Positions 37,635 to 49,069 of a DNA stretch of 64,000 nucleotides are shown one piece after another. The stretch lies in NCBI GenBank assembly GCA_028534125.1, contig CM052818.1, positions 4,280,001-4,344,000 on the forward strand, in the 5' to 3' direction. Each line of letters starts with the position of its first letter. The stretch's first letter is position 1. Below the pieces are notes generated by a model. It was not told where the DNA came from. It did not search any database and saw nothing but the letters and a program-made list of their open reading frames with translations. A program made the position numbers and the translations under genes. The stretch comes from Lama glama (taxonomy: Eukaryota).

Positions 37635-37815
37635 AAAACCAATATGAGCACGGCAGGGCAGAGCTATTTGCATAGCTATATCTGACCATAGAGGTTTCCT
37701 TTTAGATAAAGAAGGGCCTGGGAGTTGGCCGTGGCCTAGCCGGAAGTGCTGTGGAAGCTGATAAGCATGCGCGGTGGGTGTAGCAAGCGGGGGTGTTCCC
37801 ATGGCAACAAGAGAG
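37635..37815. promoter_or_regulatory. Candidate haematopoietic enhancer (Oct, GATA x2, ETS, RFX motifs)
   Basis: ATTTGCAT 37666, AGATAA 37704, CCGGAAGT 37740, TGATAA 37759, GTTCCCATGGCAAC 37795. Confidence 0.5.
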
Positions 37816-37869
37816 CCAGCCAAAAGGTGGCTAGAACCAGCTATATCTACGACAGAGCAGGGCACTTAA

Positions 37870-38320
37870 GCACTTGGATTTAGAAGCCAGGCTGACCTGG
37901 GTTTGAATGTCCTTAAGTCGTGGGCTTGGGGCTCTTAGGTTATTTTGATTAACCTCATATTCTTCATTGTCAAGTGTGGATGCAGAAGTCTCGCGTTAAC
38001 TGTTAACAAATTAGGTGAAAATCTTGTGTGGTACGTAGCAAAGTTCCTGGCACTCAAAGTCTGCGCTCATTAATCTCCGGCTCTTATTATAAAGGGGAAG
38101 TTAAAAGTAGTAGTTAAGAGCATGAACTCTGGAGCCAGCCAGACCCAGCTAGACCTTCAGCGCTGACAATGCTTAGCTGTGTGTCCTTGGGCAAGTCCCT
38201 TTCCTTCTCTGTGCCACAATTTCCTCATCCACAAAATGAGAATAATATGCTATAAATCTCCTTGGGTTGTTATGAACATTAACTGAGTTCATGTCTGCAA
38301 AGAACTTAGAATGGTGGGGG
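37870..38320 (+). mobile_element. Two tandem MIR SINEs
   Basis: acctgggtttgaat; gttaagagcatgaactctggagccag...agctgtgtgtccttgggcaagt...ttcctcatccacaaaatgag. Confidence 0.7.
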
Positions 38321-39110
38321 CAGACAGGAAGTGTTTGCTGTGACAGCCATGGTGGTCCCCCAAAGCTCCAGCTGGTGTGGAAGGAGCCTCCTGACTGTGA
38401 CTACTAATTACCTCATTCACATCACTCCAGCAACAGCTATTTCTAGAGCACCTGCCACACACAACCACTGAGCTAGGTGTTAAGAAGGATTGAAAGGATT
38501 GTATAACACAGATATTTTTCTGACCCCAAAGGACACAAACCCTAAAACAGGAAGCATGGTGGACAGCTTCAACCAACACGGTGTATGATTATTCATAAAT
38601 GCTTGCTGCAGATTGATGATGGAGAAGTTCAGAGGGGTAAGGTCTGCCACGGATGTGGAGAGACGTACAAGAGAAACAGGGAGCCAAGGCATAAAGCTGG
38701 GCCCAGGAGGAAAAAGAATGAGGGAGCCAAAGAGACAGTGAATCAAGAGGGTTCTAGAACTTGGGGATGCATGAGCAGGAGGAGGCTTCAGAAGTGTCCC
38801 GGTCTCCCAAGGACCAGGGAGAGGGCAGATGTCTGGAGTGGTCAGGGGGCAAGGGACAAATCAGTTAGGAAAGGCAAGTCGGGGCCGGTTCTTGAAAGGC
38901 CTTTAAACATGGCTATTAATTCAATGTCTACACTAGAGGCAGTGGGGATTCACACAGTTTATTGGTAGTATTTAGTTTTTAGTTTTTGGTTTTTAACTTT
39001 ACTGTTGATTAAAAATACCCAAAGTCAGAATCCCTGACTTTGAGGCTCAAGCTTATGTTCAGGGAAAGGATTCCAAAGGCTGTTCTGACAGAGACCAAAA
39101 GTTCAAAGCC

Positions 39111-39480
39111 ATTGCTACAGAGCCTTCGCAGCCAGTGGTTAGGTTCTTGTCTCATCACAGAAAGAATTCAGAGACATGGAGGTCAAGAAAGTAAAGTGAG
39201 GATTTATCAAGCTATAGATAGTACGCTGTCAAAGGGAGAGTGGGCAGACTCAGGTGATTAGCTGTGCTGAATATCTCTGGCAAGTTGGTTATATAGGGTG
39301 TAAAAGTGAATGGGAGGAATAATCATTGTGGAGGGCGGGGTTAGGGGTCATATTCCCTGATTTTCATCCCAGCTCCACCTTCTTGAGGGGAGGAGGGATT
39401 TTTGTCCTTAGTTAGTCTGGATCAGAAGTGTTGTGGTGTCAGTGCATGATGGGGACTTCTAATCAGCAAGGCTAATTTTA
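39111..39480 (-). mobile_element. Partial ERV LTR
   Basis: ggttcttgtctcatcacagaaagaattcagagac...gatttatcaagc...agtacgctgtcaaaggg, same style as the LTR at 29915; no second terminus seen. Confidence 0.55.
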
Positions 39481-39984
39481 GGGGTCAGAAGAAAGGAAAC
39501 TAGGATCTGTTGAGTGCCCACACGGGCCAGGGGACTGACAGGTATTTTTCCATCGAGTGCTACAACAATCCTAAGAGATGGACATTCTGATTCTCATTTT
39601 AGGGACAAAGAAGCCAATACTCAGATGTGTTGCAAACATAGTAAGTGACAGACGGGCCGTATCACCCAACCTCCCCAGAAACACTCTTGTGCCTCTTTCC
39701 TCTGAAACTTAATGCGACTCAAACCAAGTCCAGTAGCAAATGTGGCATCATGAACACTCTCCTCCCACCCTCATTTCTCACCTCCAGTAAAATCTAAATT
39801 TACCTTCCTTTTGCCCTGAAGCTGAGCCAAAATCACTGAGGGCCATCATTAGAAGTGGAGTTTATTTTTGTTACCAAACTTCTTCTCACTTCCTTTTCCC
39901 TCCACCTTTTCCTCTGTGCTGTCTCCTAACTCACACTATGCAGTTTTGTTTTGTTTTGTTTTTCTAAGTTTCAGGCATGCAGCT

Positions 39985-40316
39985 TATCGGTCAACCTCTC
40001 TCTGCCTTACAGAGTGACCATCAGCACAAGGCTAGTTACCATCCATGACCACATAGTTGACCCCCTTCACCCGTTTCCCCCATCCCCCTACCCTCTTCCC
40101 CTCTGGTAACCATGAATCTGATCTCTGTATGAGTCTGTTTTTGTTTTATTTTGCTTGTTCATTTTTTTCATTTGTTTTTTAGATTCCACATATAAGTGAA
40201 ATCATACTATATTGGTCTATCTCTGACTTATTTCAATCAGCCTAATACCTTCAATGTCTATCCATGTTGTCACAAATGCCAAGATTTCATTCTTTTTTAT
40301 GACTGAGTAGTATTTC

Positions 40317-40350
<34 letters not shown>

Positions 40351-40435
40351 ATCTTCTTTATCCATTCATTCATTGATGGACACTTACATTGCTTCCATAT
40401 CTTGGTTATTGTAAATAATGCTGCAATGAACATGG
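39985..40435 (-). mobile_element. L1 3' fragment containing (TG)n at 40318-40346
   Basis: ctctggtaaccat, agattccacatataagtgaaatcata, ccatgttgtcacaaatg, gtaaataatgctgcaatgaacatggga. Confidence 0.85.
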
Positions 40436-41329
40436 GAGCAGCACCCTAAGCAGGTCTGAAACTCCTTATTCAGAGGAGAACACGAAGTGGAACCTGAAAT
40501 TTTAAATAATTCCTTTCGTGGCTTTCTTTTTGCCCTAAGAGTGACATGGGGTGGCACCTAGGGGTGGAGGAGGGCGTTTCCATAATAGGCTTCACCTGAA
40601 ATCCACTGGAACTTATGTGGATGCTCTGTTTAGCTTTCTCTAATATCCACTAACTAGCACTGGGAAACTGGTTGTTATTTTAATCTAAGCAAGTTCCCCA
40701 TTCTGTTTTTGAAAGCCATCTCCCATTGGTAGGATTTCAGCCACGGTATGTGGGTCTATGTCTGCGTGTGTCTACAAGAGACACTTAGCAAGTTTCCTTA
40801 AATTAGTACTGTGGTCTCCACCTGAGTGTAAGGTTCTCACCTTACCCGTCCTCCTTCTATTTTTTTTTTTTTTTTACCGAAGGAGTGTTAGATTTTTCAG
40901 ATTTAATGCTTTATTTTCCTGACTTGCTGTCGGTCACATGATGCAAGAAGCCATTTCCCCCCTTTATATATACTTTCCTCATTCTCCCACAAATGGTTCT
41001 TTTACAGTTTTTTTTCTCCCCACTCTAAATTGGAATCCTGGGTAAATGACAAGCAGTCTTTTTTTCCAGCTTCACATGTCCTTCAAATGGGACTGACAGT
41101 TTCTACGTTCCGTCATCCACGCCACTGAGGACAGTGTCTGTCACTCTGGGGCTCAGCCCCTTGTGACTTTGCTTATTACTATGCTGAAAGGGCCTGAGCA
41201 TGATTTCTAAGCCAGAGAGGTTCAGATGTAATGTCTATCCCTAGATTCTAAACATCCACTTTGATAAGTGACACCTTCATTCCACTGGGAATAATTGATT
41301 GCCCCGGTTAGGAAGTCATAATGATGCTT

Positions 41330-41476
41330 GGAATTGTGTACAAGTTGTGTACACTGTGGTGAAGACTGTGTAAGTAATACAAATCCCATAGAGTGACAAT
41401 CACCTGGACTACAGTGAGAATAGTGCCCCCTGGAGTTGAACAGTGCACACCCTGCTCAACCATACTTAGCGGCCTT
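41330..41476. mobile_element. MER91-like hAT MITE carrying a CTCF-like motif
   Basis: gactacagtgagaatagtgccccctggagttgaacagtgcacaccctgctcaacc...gcggcc matches the recalled MER91 arm. Confidence 0.7.
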
Positions 41477-41749
41477 TCAGTTAGAAACTTATTTTCCCCT
41501 AATGTAAATCATTTCCTGCAGTCTTAACAGTCTTTTAAATAACAGCCATTTATGGATTCTTTTGCTTGCCTAAACATTATAATCAAGGTTTCATAAATTA
41601 AAAATTAGTGATAAAGGGTTAGGGAGTAGAAAGATATGCTGCCCATATAGCTTCCTGTTCCCTAAGCCTCATCTTTATTTTCCCCATATTTTATTTTCCT
41701 CATATTCTTGTTCCCTAGAATACAATTTGGTTTTGGTTTGGCTTGGTTT

Positions 41750-43501
41750 GGTTTTTCAGTTTTCAGTTTTATTAGGTAGAATTGTTACAACAGAATACAC
41801 TTTGTTTTTTAAAAAAAAGTCATAAAATCATTGACATGACTCGCGACATGAGAGATGGTTTTATCCTCAGCAAGTGGAAGTAGGTTGTAGAAAAGGAATG
41901 TCACTAACAGCAGGAAAAACATCAGAGTCATCACACCAAGAAGACACCATACACAGTAAAATTTATTTCAAAACATAAAGTGGGCTCTATGTTAATAAAT
42001 ACTTTTAACCTTGTATGTAGGAAAACTACTGTGCACGTTCTAAGACAGGTCACTAAAGAATCAGGGAAAAAGTAGTCTTTCACCTCTCAGCCACTGAGAA
42101 AACAACCTGGGAGTAGGAACAGCCTCAAGGACGCTGTGCGTGATTGGGGGAGGGAAAGGCAGGAGCCGACAAAGTCAGGGAGAGGTTTCTACTTCCTTTT
42201 CCTCACTAGGTCCGTAGAATTAAAAATCTGAAGTTGGAAAATACACCTTCACGCCCATATCTAGTTTCTTTCTCAAGTCTGGATTCTCATCACTAGTGGA
42301 CAGGGTCAAAAATTGGAAACAGGTACACAGTTTGAGTGTAGATCGGATCCCTCTGGTTGATAATGGGCTGTGAGGCCCCTCGGAGGCCAAGCAGGAGCTG
42401 GGACAGTTTGGGTTTAAAGCTCAGGCACGCCCACAATATCGTTAACTGGAGAACTGAAGGGATGGCACAGTGTGACGGCCACCTCCACCCACGCATTAAG
42501 TCCTTTCAGTGCTGTCTTTGTATAAACCCATCATCCAATCAGCTGGCCTGTGATCCAGCCCCTCCCACCCGCTGGAGGTGGGGGGGACACGTCAGCCCAG
42601 CCCCCTCACCCATGGAGAGACCCCGTAGGGAAAACCCATCCGACTGCTTTTTTCTGTAAACACTAGAATGAAACAGAGTCTTGCAGACTTGGGGTTCCCA
42701 CCCCTAACCAGAATACATGACAGAGCAATGCTCTGGAAAGGGACAAAGACAGCCGCCTGTCAGACCAGCCTCCGGTAGGCGTGGAACGTGCCTGACTGGC
42801 ACCCTCGGCTACTTCTGGTTTCCGCCAGTCCCCGTCTCAGAAGACACAACTTTCCAGGCTGCAGTCACAAGGCTTCAAGCTAGAAGCCACCCCTGAAGGG
42901 CTGGCTTTCAGGGAGTTTCTGGGCAGCGGAAAGAAGGAAGAAGAGAGTTCTTCTTCACTGAGCTGAAGCATGATCTTGTGGCCAAGAGCAAGGAAAGGCA
43001 GCCAAAGGGAACCAAAGAGGTTTGTACCTCATGCTCTTAGGACAGATGGGCAAACAGTTTAAAGGGAGGAGTTGTTTCAGGTTCTGAAGACCAAGACTGG
43101 GTCACGGAGGGACTCCGGCTGCACTGCCATGGGTATTAGAAGCACAGGGCTTTGGGTTCTGGTGCTAGGGAGGACCTCAGGGCTCTCCTGGTTCATCTCT
43201 TTTGTTTTCCAGAGGAGGAACCTGAGACCTGGGCAGAGTAAGCGATGTCCCCAGGCCACACAGCTTGTCACATCTGCTTGGGCGACGTGGAGAGTGGCCG
43301 AGAGCCTTCAGCGAGCGATGTGGTTGGTGCAGGTGAACATCACGTGGCATGTGGTTAGTTACATTCAGGACCCCCAGGGATGACAACGTCCCGCCCCTGG
43401 GCCCTTTCTCATTGATCTATCCTAGAAGTGGCCACAGGTCCTGGACCAAGCTTATCCGTGTGGTCCCCTCGGGACGGGGGTGTCGAGCTGCAGGTGCGTC
43501 C
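41750..43501 (-). other. PLEK: PLEK 3'UTR (approximate end)
   Basis: Follows the stop codon; minus-strand AATAAA at 41962-41967 and 41768-41773. Confidence 0.65.
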
Positions 43502-43638
43502 TCACTTCCCGGTCCGGGAGGCCACCTGGATGGCTTTGATCCACTCGGTGCGCTCCTTCGGGGTGGCCGCTTGCAAGAGATAGTGAATTTCATCAGCCGT
43601 GATGATCTCAAAGAGGTTCTCTTCTTCATTCTTCTTGC
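43502..43638 (-). CDS. PLEK: Pleckstrin exon 9 (C-terminal PH end, stop)
   Basis: ccag|gc KKNEEENLFEIITADEIHYLLQAATPKERTEWIKAIQVASRTGK*; 137 nt. Confidence 0.97.
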
Positions 43639-44150
43639 CTGGTGAGACAGAAAGTGAATGACCGTGCACATGGGTACCCGAAAGGCCACCTAGCCCACCC
43701 CTCTTCTGCAAGTAATGAAATCCCCATTTTTTTGAGTGCTCTAAGAAAATTAAATACGTGGCTTTCAAACTTACCATCATTGTGCAATCATATATGTTCA
43801 TTGTGTGATTTTATATATAGTATTTATATAGACAGGTACAAAGTATGATTGTGTATGTGTGTGTGTGTGTTTAAGAAATAAGTAAAACACTCAAGGAGAA
43901 ACGTTTTCTTTTATAGTTTATAAGCAAACTAAAATTCTCACTTTTGTGTACAAATGCTGTTTAATGAGTATCTTACAACAGTGTGTAGTGAATACCTTTC
44001 CTCTCTGCTCATAATATAAACCAAGGGCTGAACTTTATAGAGTTTTAAAAAAAAAGTGAAACAAGAAACAAACAATCAAAAAAACAGGTACACTGCCAGT
44101 CCCACCAGTATAACCTGAACTGGTTTTTGTTTGTTTGTTTGTCTGTTTAT

Positions 44151-44650
44151 NNNNNNNNNNNNNNNNNNNNNNNNNNNNNNNNNNNNNNNNNNNNNNNNNN
44201 NNNNNNNNNNNNNNNNNNNNNNNNNNNNNNNNNNNNNNNNNNNNNNNNNNNNNNNNNNNNNNNNNNNNNNNNNNNNNNNNNNNNNNNNNNNNNNNNNNNN
44301 NNNNNNNNNNNNNNNNNNNNNNNNNNNNNNNNNNNNNNNNNNNNNNNNNNNNNNNNNNNNNNNNNNNNNNNNNNNNNNNNNNNNNNNNNNNNNNNNNNNN
44401 NNNNNNNNNNNNNNNNNNNNNNNNNNNNNNNNNNNNNNNNNNNNNNNNNNNNNNNNNNNNNNNNNNNNNNNNNNNNNNNNNNNNNNNNNNNNNNNNNNNN
44501 NNNNNNNNNNNNNNNNNNNNNNNNNNNNNNNNNNNNNNNNNNNNNNNNNNNNNNNNNNNNNNNNNNNNNNNNNNNNNNNNNNNNNNNNNNNNNNNNNNNN
44601 NNNNNNNNNNNNNNNNNNNNNNNNNNNNNNNNNNNNNNNNNNNNNNNNNN
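44151..44650. other. Assembly gap (500 N) in PLEK intron 8
   Basis: Exactly 500 Ns; exons 8 and 9 stay collinear across it. Confidence 1.
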
Positions 44651-44862
44651 GCCCGCACAACCACTCCAGCTCCCTGGGGCCCAGAGATCCAGGGCAGCAG
44701 TTGGGAGACAAGAAGTCTGGGTCTCTCCAAAGTTTTCAGACAGTAAATTCATTCATGCCTGAGTCAGCAAGGGAGGGAGGGAGTGCTGTCGGCTCAGAAC
44801 GACCAGGTGTGGGGAGGGAGCCTGCGTATACACACCTCCCTCCCACAAAAAGTCATTCTTAC

Positions 44863-44932
44863 CATCTGGGTTGCTCTCCACGGAGGTCACCACACAGCCT
44901 CTCAAGTGAATCGCTCCCAAGGGATCTTCCCC
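44863..44932 (-). CDS. PLEK: Pleckstrin exon 8
   Basis: ccag|GEDPLGAIHLRGCVVTSVESNPD g|gtaaga; 70 nt. Confidence 0.97.
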
Positions 44933-45544
44933 CTGGAGGAGAGAGGAGTCCTTCAGCATGGTTCCAAAGTACGATGAATGGGTATACCTTGTCCTGCTGG
45001 TGCAAAGCCACACAGACTCATTCTGGGATAGACCGAGGGCTCTCAAATAGATAACAGCAGAAGGAGACAAAAGGAAATCCCTTCCGGATCCTCCACCAGC
45101 CACTTCCCCTGGGGGACAGGGCAGGCGGGGTGGAAGCTGGATAAGGAGACACAAGTCAGTCTGTGCTTCAGATCTGGAGAAAAGGGGCAGGGGAGGTGGT
45201 AAGGCTGAATCACCACGTCCCGTGAGAGGAGAGCCGCATGTTTCCAGAGCCCTTTGGCCCCACGCAACTGACGTCACAGTAAAACATCACGGGAGGGAAT
45301 CAAAGAGCCTGCACTGCAAGCAGAGGCTGAGGACCCAGATCAGACCCACGGGCTTCATTTTACTGGGAAAAGCCCTTTTCTGAATAATCAACAGCCCAAA
45401 TGGCTGGACTCAAGCAATGGTCTCATCCCAGTTGGCCTAGAAGAGGAATTACCACTTTTTTGTGTCTTAACCCAAATCCAAGTGTTGGACTGGTTGAGTT
45501 CCTCTGAAAATATCCAATTGGAGCAAACAAAAAACAATTATGTT

Positions 45545-45910
45545 AAAAAAGAATGAAAGATTGCCATTTGCAGCAACATGGATGGGCCTAGAGATTATCA
45601 TACTGAGTGAAGTAAGTCAGAGAAAGACAAATATCATATGATACCACTTATATGTGGAATCTAAAAAAAAATGATACAAATCTTATCTACAAACCAAAAA
45701 CAGACCACAGAGACAGAAAACAAACTATGGTTACCACGGGCGGAAAAGGCAGGGGAGGGATAAATAAGGAGTTTGAGATTAACAGACACACATTATTGCA
45801 CATAAAATAGATAAGCAATAAAGACTTATTGTTTAGCACAGAGAATTATATTCAGTTTCTTTTAATAATATATAATGGAAAAGAATCTGAAAAAATATAT
45901 ATGTATGTTA
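45545..45910 (+). mobile_element. L1 3' fragment
   Basis: tgccatttgcagcaacatggatgggcctagagattatcatactgagtgaagtaagtcaga; flanked by aattatgtt on both sides. Confidence 0.85.
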
Positions 45911-46169
45911 AAAATTATGTTGAGTTGACCAAATAAATGACTATAGAGTGACATCTTTGCTCCCTTAGGTTCTGCTGGCCTCCAAGCCAAATATCTCAGA
46001 TCTCTGAAATAAGAGGGGCTAAGAAAAGGTAGAGGAGGGCGGGAGGAAAAGAAGTGGGAGGGCAAAGAGGGAAGGACTGTCAACAGAGCAGAAAGAGGGC
46101 TGGGAAGCCCAGTCAACAGATGCAGCAGAAGCTTCTGGGGGAACAGAGTTATCGCCCACAGCATCTCAC

Positions 46170-46253
46170 CCCAGCAGGGTCGTAGTAGTGTAGGTACGCA
46201 GGGTCTTCTCTCAGAACGAACTTCCTCACTTTCCAGTTCTTCCTCCTATGCCC
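46170..46253 (-). CDS. PLEK: Pleckstrin exon 7
   Basis: acag|GHRRKNWKVRKFVLREDPAYLHYYDPAG|gtgaga; 84 nt. Confidence 0.97.
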
Positions 46254-47657
46254 CTGTGTCCAGGATCAACACAGAAAAAGGAATGATGAGTTTTCAGCAT
46301 CACTCTGTACTCCGAGTACCTACCAAATAAGTTTCGTTGAATTGAAAAAAGAAAAAGAATGAAATACTAACTTCAGGAGAAACCAGACCACAGGCCAGGT
46401 CTTTGTCAGAGACAGCACTGGAGCCAGTGAACAATTTGAATGTTGTTAAATTACGGATTAAATGATTTCTAAGATCGTCTCACGGCTTGAGCCTGATAGA
46501 AGTTAGTCATCTGTACAAGTTACTATGTTAGATAATGTGCGGGCTATAGAGAGATTTAAGACATGGCTCTGATCTTCAAAGAGTTGATAAGCTGTGTGGA
46601 AATATAAAATAGCAAATGTCCAAATCAAATCATGTGTGCAGATAATGGGTTTCAAAGGATTTAAATGAAGTGGGTGGGTTTGGGATGTCAAGAAGAGCCC
46701 CACCTACCCACATGGGACACGCAGGATGGGAGAGAAAGAGGTGAGTGGGGAGACAGACCATCGACAAGAAAAAAGCAGCAGTGGGAATATACAAGGATAA
46801 TCAGATGCTGACGAGTCAGACCAGTCAGGCTAGAAGGCAAGGTTCATGAGGAACAGCAGAGGCAAGGCTGGAAAAGTGGAAAGAGACTCAGCAGAAACAA
46901 AACATGGGGGCTGTTGTCACTGATGGCTTTTGAGTTGGAAGCGGAAAGATTACAAGGACATTTTTACAAAGATTAACAGGGGGACAACCTACAGGATGGA
47001 CCAGCTGGCTAAGTTAAAGATAAGCCAGGGGGAAAGATAAGAAGATAGAAAGGAAGTTGTTAGGAAATGATTGCAACAATCTCAGCATAAAATTATTCGG
47101 GACTGACAATAGAATGCAACAATGGACATGGGAAGCCACAGTGGTTGTGACAGACATGATGAAAGAGAACAGGACGTGGCCCTTCCCCGTAGAATGAAAC
47201 ACGACATTGTCTATACTGTGGGGCTTCAGGCAAGATCTGTGTCTTATTTATCTTTGTTCCTCCAATACCCAGCGCTGTGCCCAGCACAAGGGAGCCACCT
47301 CACATCTGTTTGTAATTGCTTTGAATTGCCCAGTTATTTTAACTAGCTTATAGCAGTTTTTTAAAAATGTTATGTTAAACCTGATTCTATGATTTCCCAC
47401 AGTAAATTCGAAAGGCTTAAATAACCCAGAAGCCCCCAAAATTAGATTAGAAAATATGTAATTTCTATCTTGTCAATCTGAAGATTATTTGTTAAGTCTG
47501 AAGCAACACTCACTGAGAGACACACATATACAAATTTTCTAAAAGTCTTCATTGTGCTTGTAGAGAAAGCAATGAAATGTTTGTGATTTTAGCAAACGCT
47601 CTCCTTCCTAATGCCAGGTCAGAGGAATTTAAAAAGAGCTTTCAAGAATAGATCTAA

Positions 47658-47975
47658 TCAGAAATTGACACACTGTAATTGACTGTACTTCAATTAAAAA
47701 CAAAATTAATTAATTTTAAAAAAAGAATGGGTGTAAGTTCTCCGTCACTCTTGGTAGGAATGTAACTTGGTGCAACCACTATGGAAAACAGTATGGAATT
47801 TCCTTAAAAAACTAAAAATAGATTTACTCTATGATCCAGCAATCCCACTCCTCAGCATATATCCAGAAAAGAAGAAAATTCTAATTCGGAAAGATGCATG
47901 CACCCCATGTTCATAGCAGCACTATTTATAATAGTCAAGACATGGAAGCAACCTCAATGTCTATTGGCAGATGAA

Positions 47976-48016
<41 letters not shown>

Positions 48017-48443
48017 GGAATACTACGCAGCCATAAAAAAGAATAAAATCATGCCATTTGCAGTAACATGGATGGACCTAGAGATTATACCAAGTGAAGT
48101 AAATCAGACAAAGACAAATGAACTTTTACCAAATAGAAAGAGACTCACAGACAGAGTTACCATATAACCCAGTTACCAAAGGGGAAGGTGGGTGGGGAGA
48201 GATAAATTTAGAGTTTGGGATTAGCAGTAGAAACTACTATATATAAAATGATAAGCAACAAGATCCTACTGTATAGCACAGGGAGCTATATTCAATGGTA
48301 ATAACCTATAGGAAAAAAGAATATGAAAAAGAATATATATATGTGTGTGTACATTAAAGAATCACTGTGTTGTACACCTGAAACTAATAAAACATTGTAG
48401 AGTAACTAAACTTCAATAAAAATTTTAAAAATTGAAAAAAAAA
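47658..48443 (+). mobile_element. Two adjacent L1 3' ends (47658-47722 and 47740-48443), with (CA)n at ~47977-48014
   Basis: Both end in cttcaat + A-rich tail; three copies of target sequence aagaat(a/g)gatctaa. Confidence 0.85.
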
Positions 48444-48971
48444 AAGAATGGATCTAAGTTATTTGGCAGAGCATTTGGTCAAGGAGCTCATCTCCAAAGA
48501 ACCTTTTACTTGCCTGAAGGGTAGAACCAGGAACCCTACAGAGTCATATGGGAGAACAGAGAATATTTCTAGCTGCAATATCATATCCAAAATGGCTTCT
48601 GTAAAGCATCAACTTCTAAAATTCTTATTATGTGTTTCTGCTCTTTGCCTTAGCTGATGTCGCCCATAGGATGAGGACACTAAGGTTTCTGCCCCACCCC
48701 ATTTCCTCCTGATCTACTGACACACAAGTTGTGTTCTTTTATGCAATCACTAGGTGAATATCAAGTTCTCATGAGTCAATGGAAGAGGAAAGGACTGGTG
48801 GATGTGAAATCAGCCAACCCTGGCCAACTGCCATATCACCTTTAAGCCCTCACTAGCATCACAGTGTGATGCATTGAAGAGCTATCTTTCATTGAGTGAG
48901 TATTTCCTGAGGCATTTTAAGGAATGCACACATGCTTGGGGTTTTCCAGAATTGTCAAGTCATCTATGCAC

Positions 48972-49069
48972 GACGCCATTTTCTGTAAGGAACTTGAGCA
49001 TCCACAGATTTCAGTATCCGTGGCAGGTCCTGGAACCAATCCCCTGCAGATACTGAGAAACAACTGTAC
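48972..49069. mobile_element. MER2/Tigger-type terminal fragment
   Basis: aaggaacttgagcatccacagattt...ggtcctggaaccaatcccctgcagatactgagaaacaactgta. Confidence 0.75.

Noticed and set aside
42891..42956. Two short hairpins in the PLEK 3'UTR
   Set aside because: 7-8 bp stems occur by chance; no recognised element.
44035..45277. Long ORFs around gap 2 and the 174-aa ORF through PLEK exon 8
   Set aside because: N-run artefacts, plus chance intronic extension of the exon 8 frame; canonical splice sites explain the real part.
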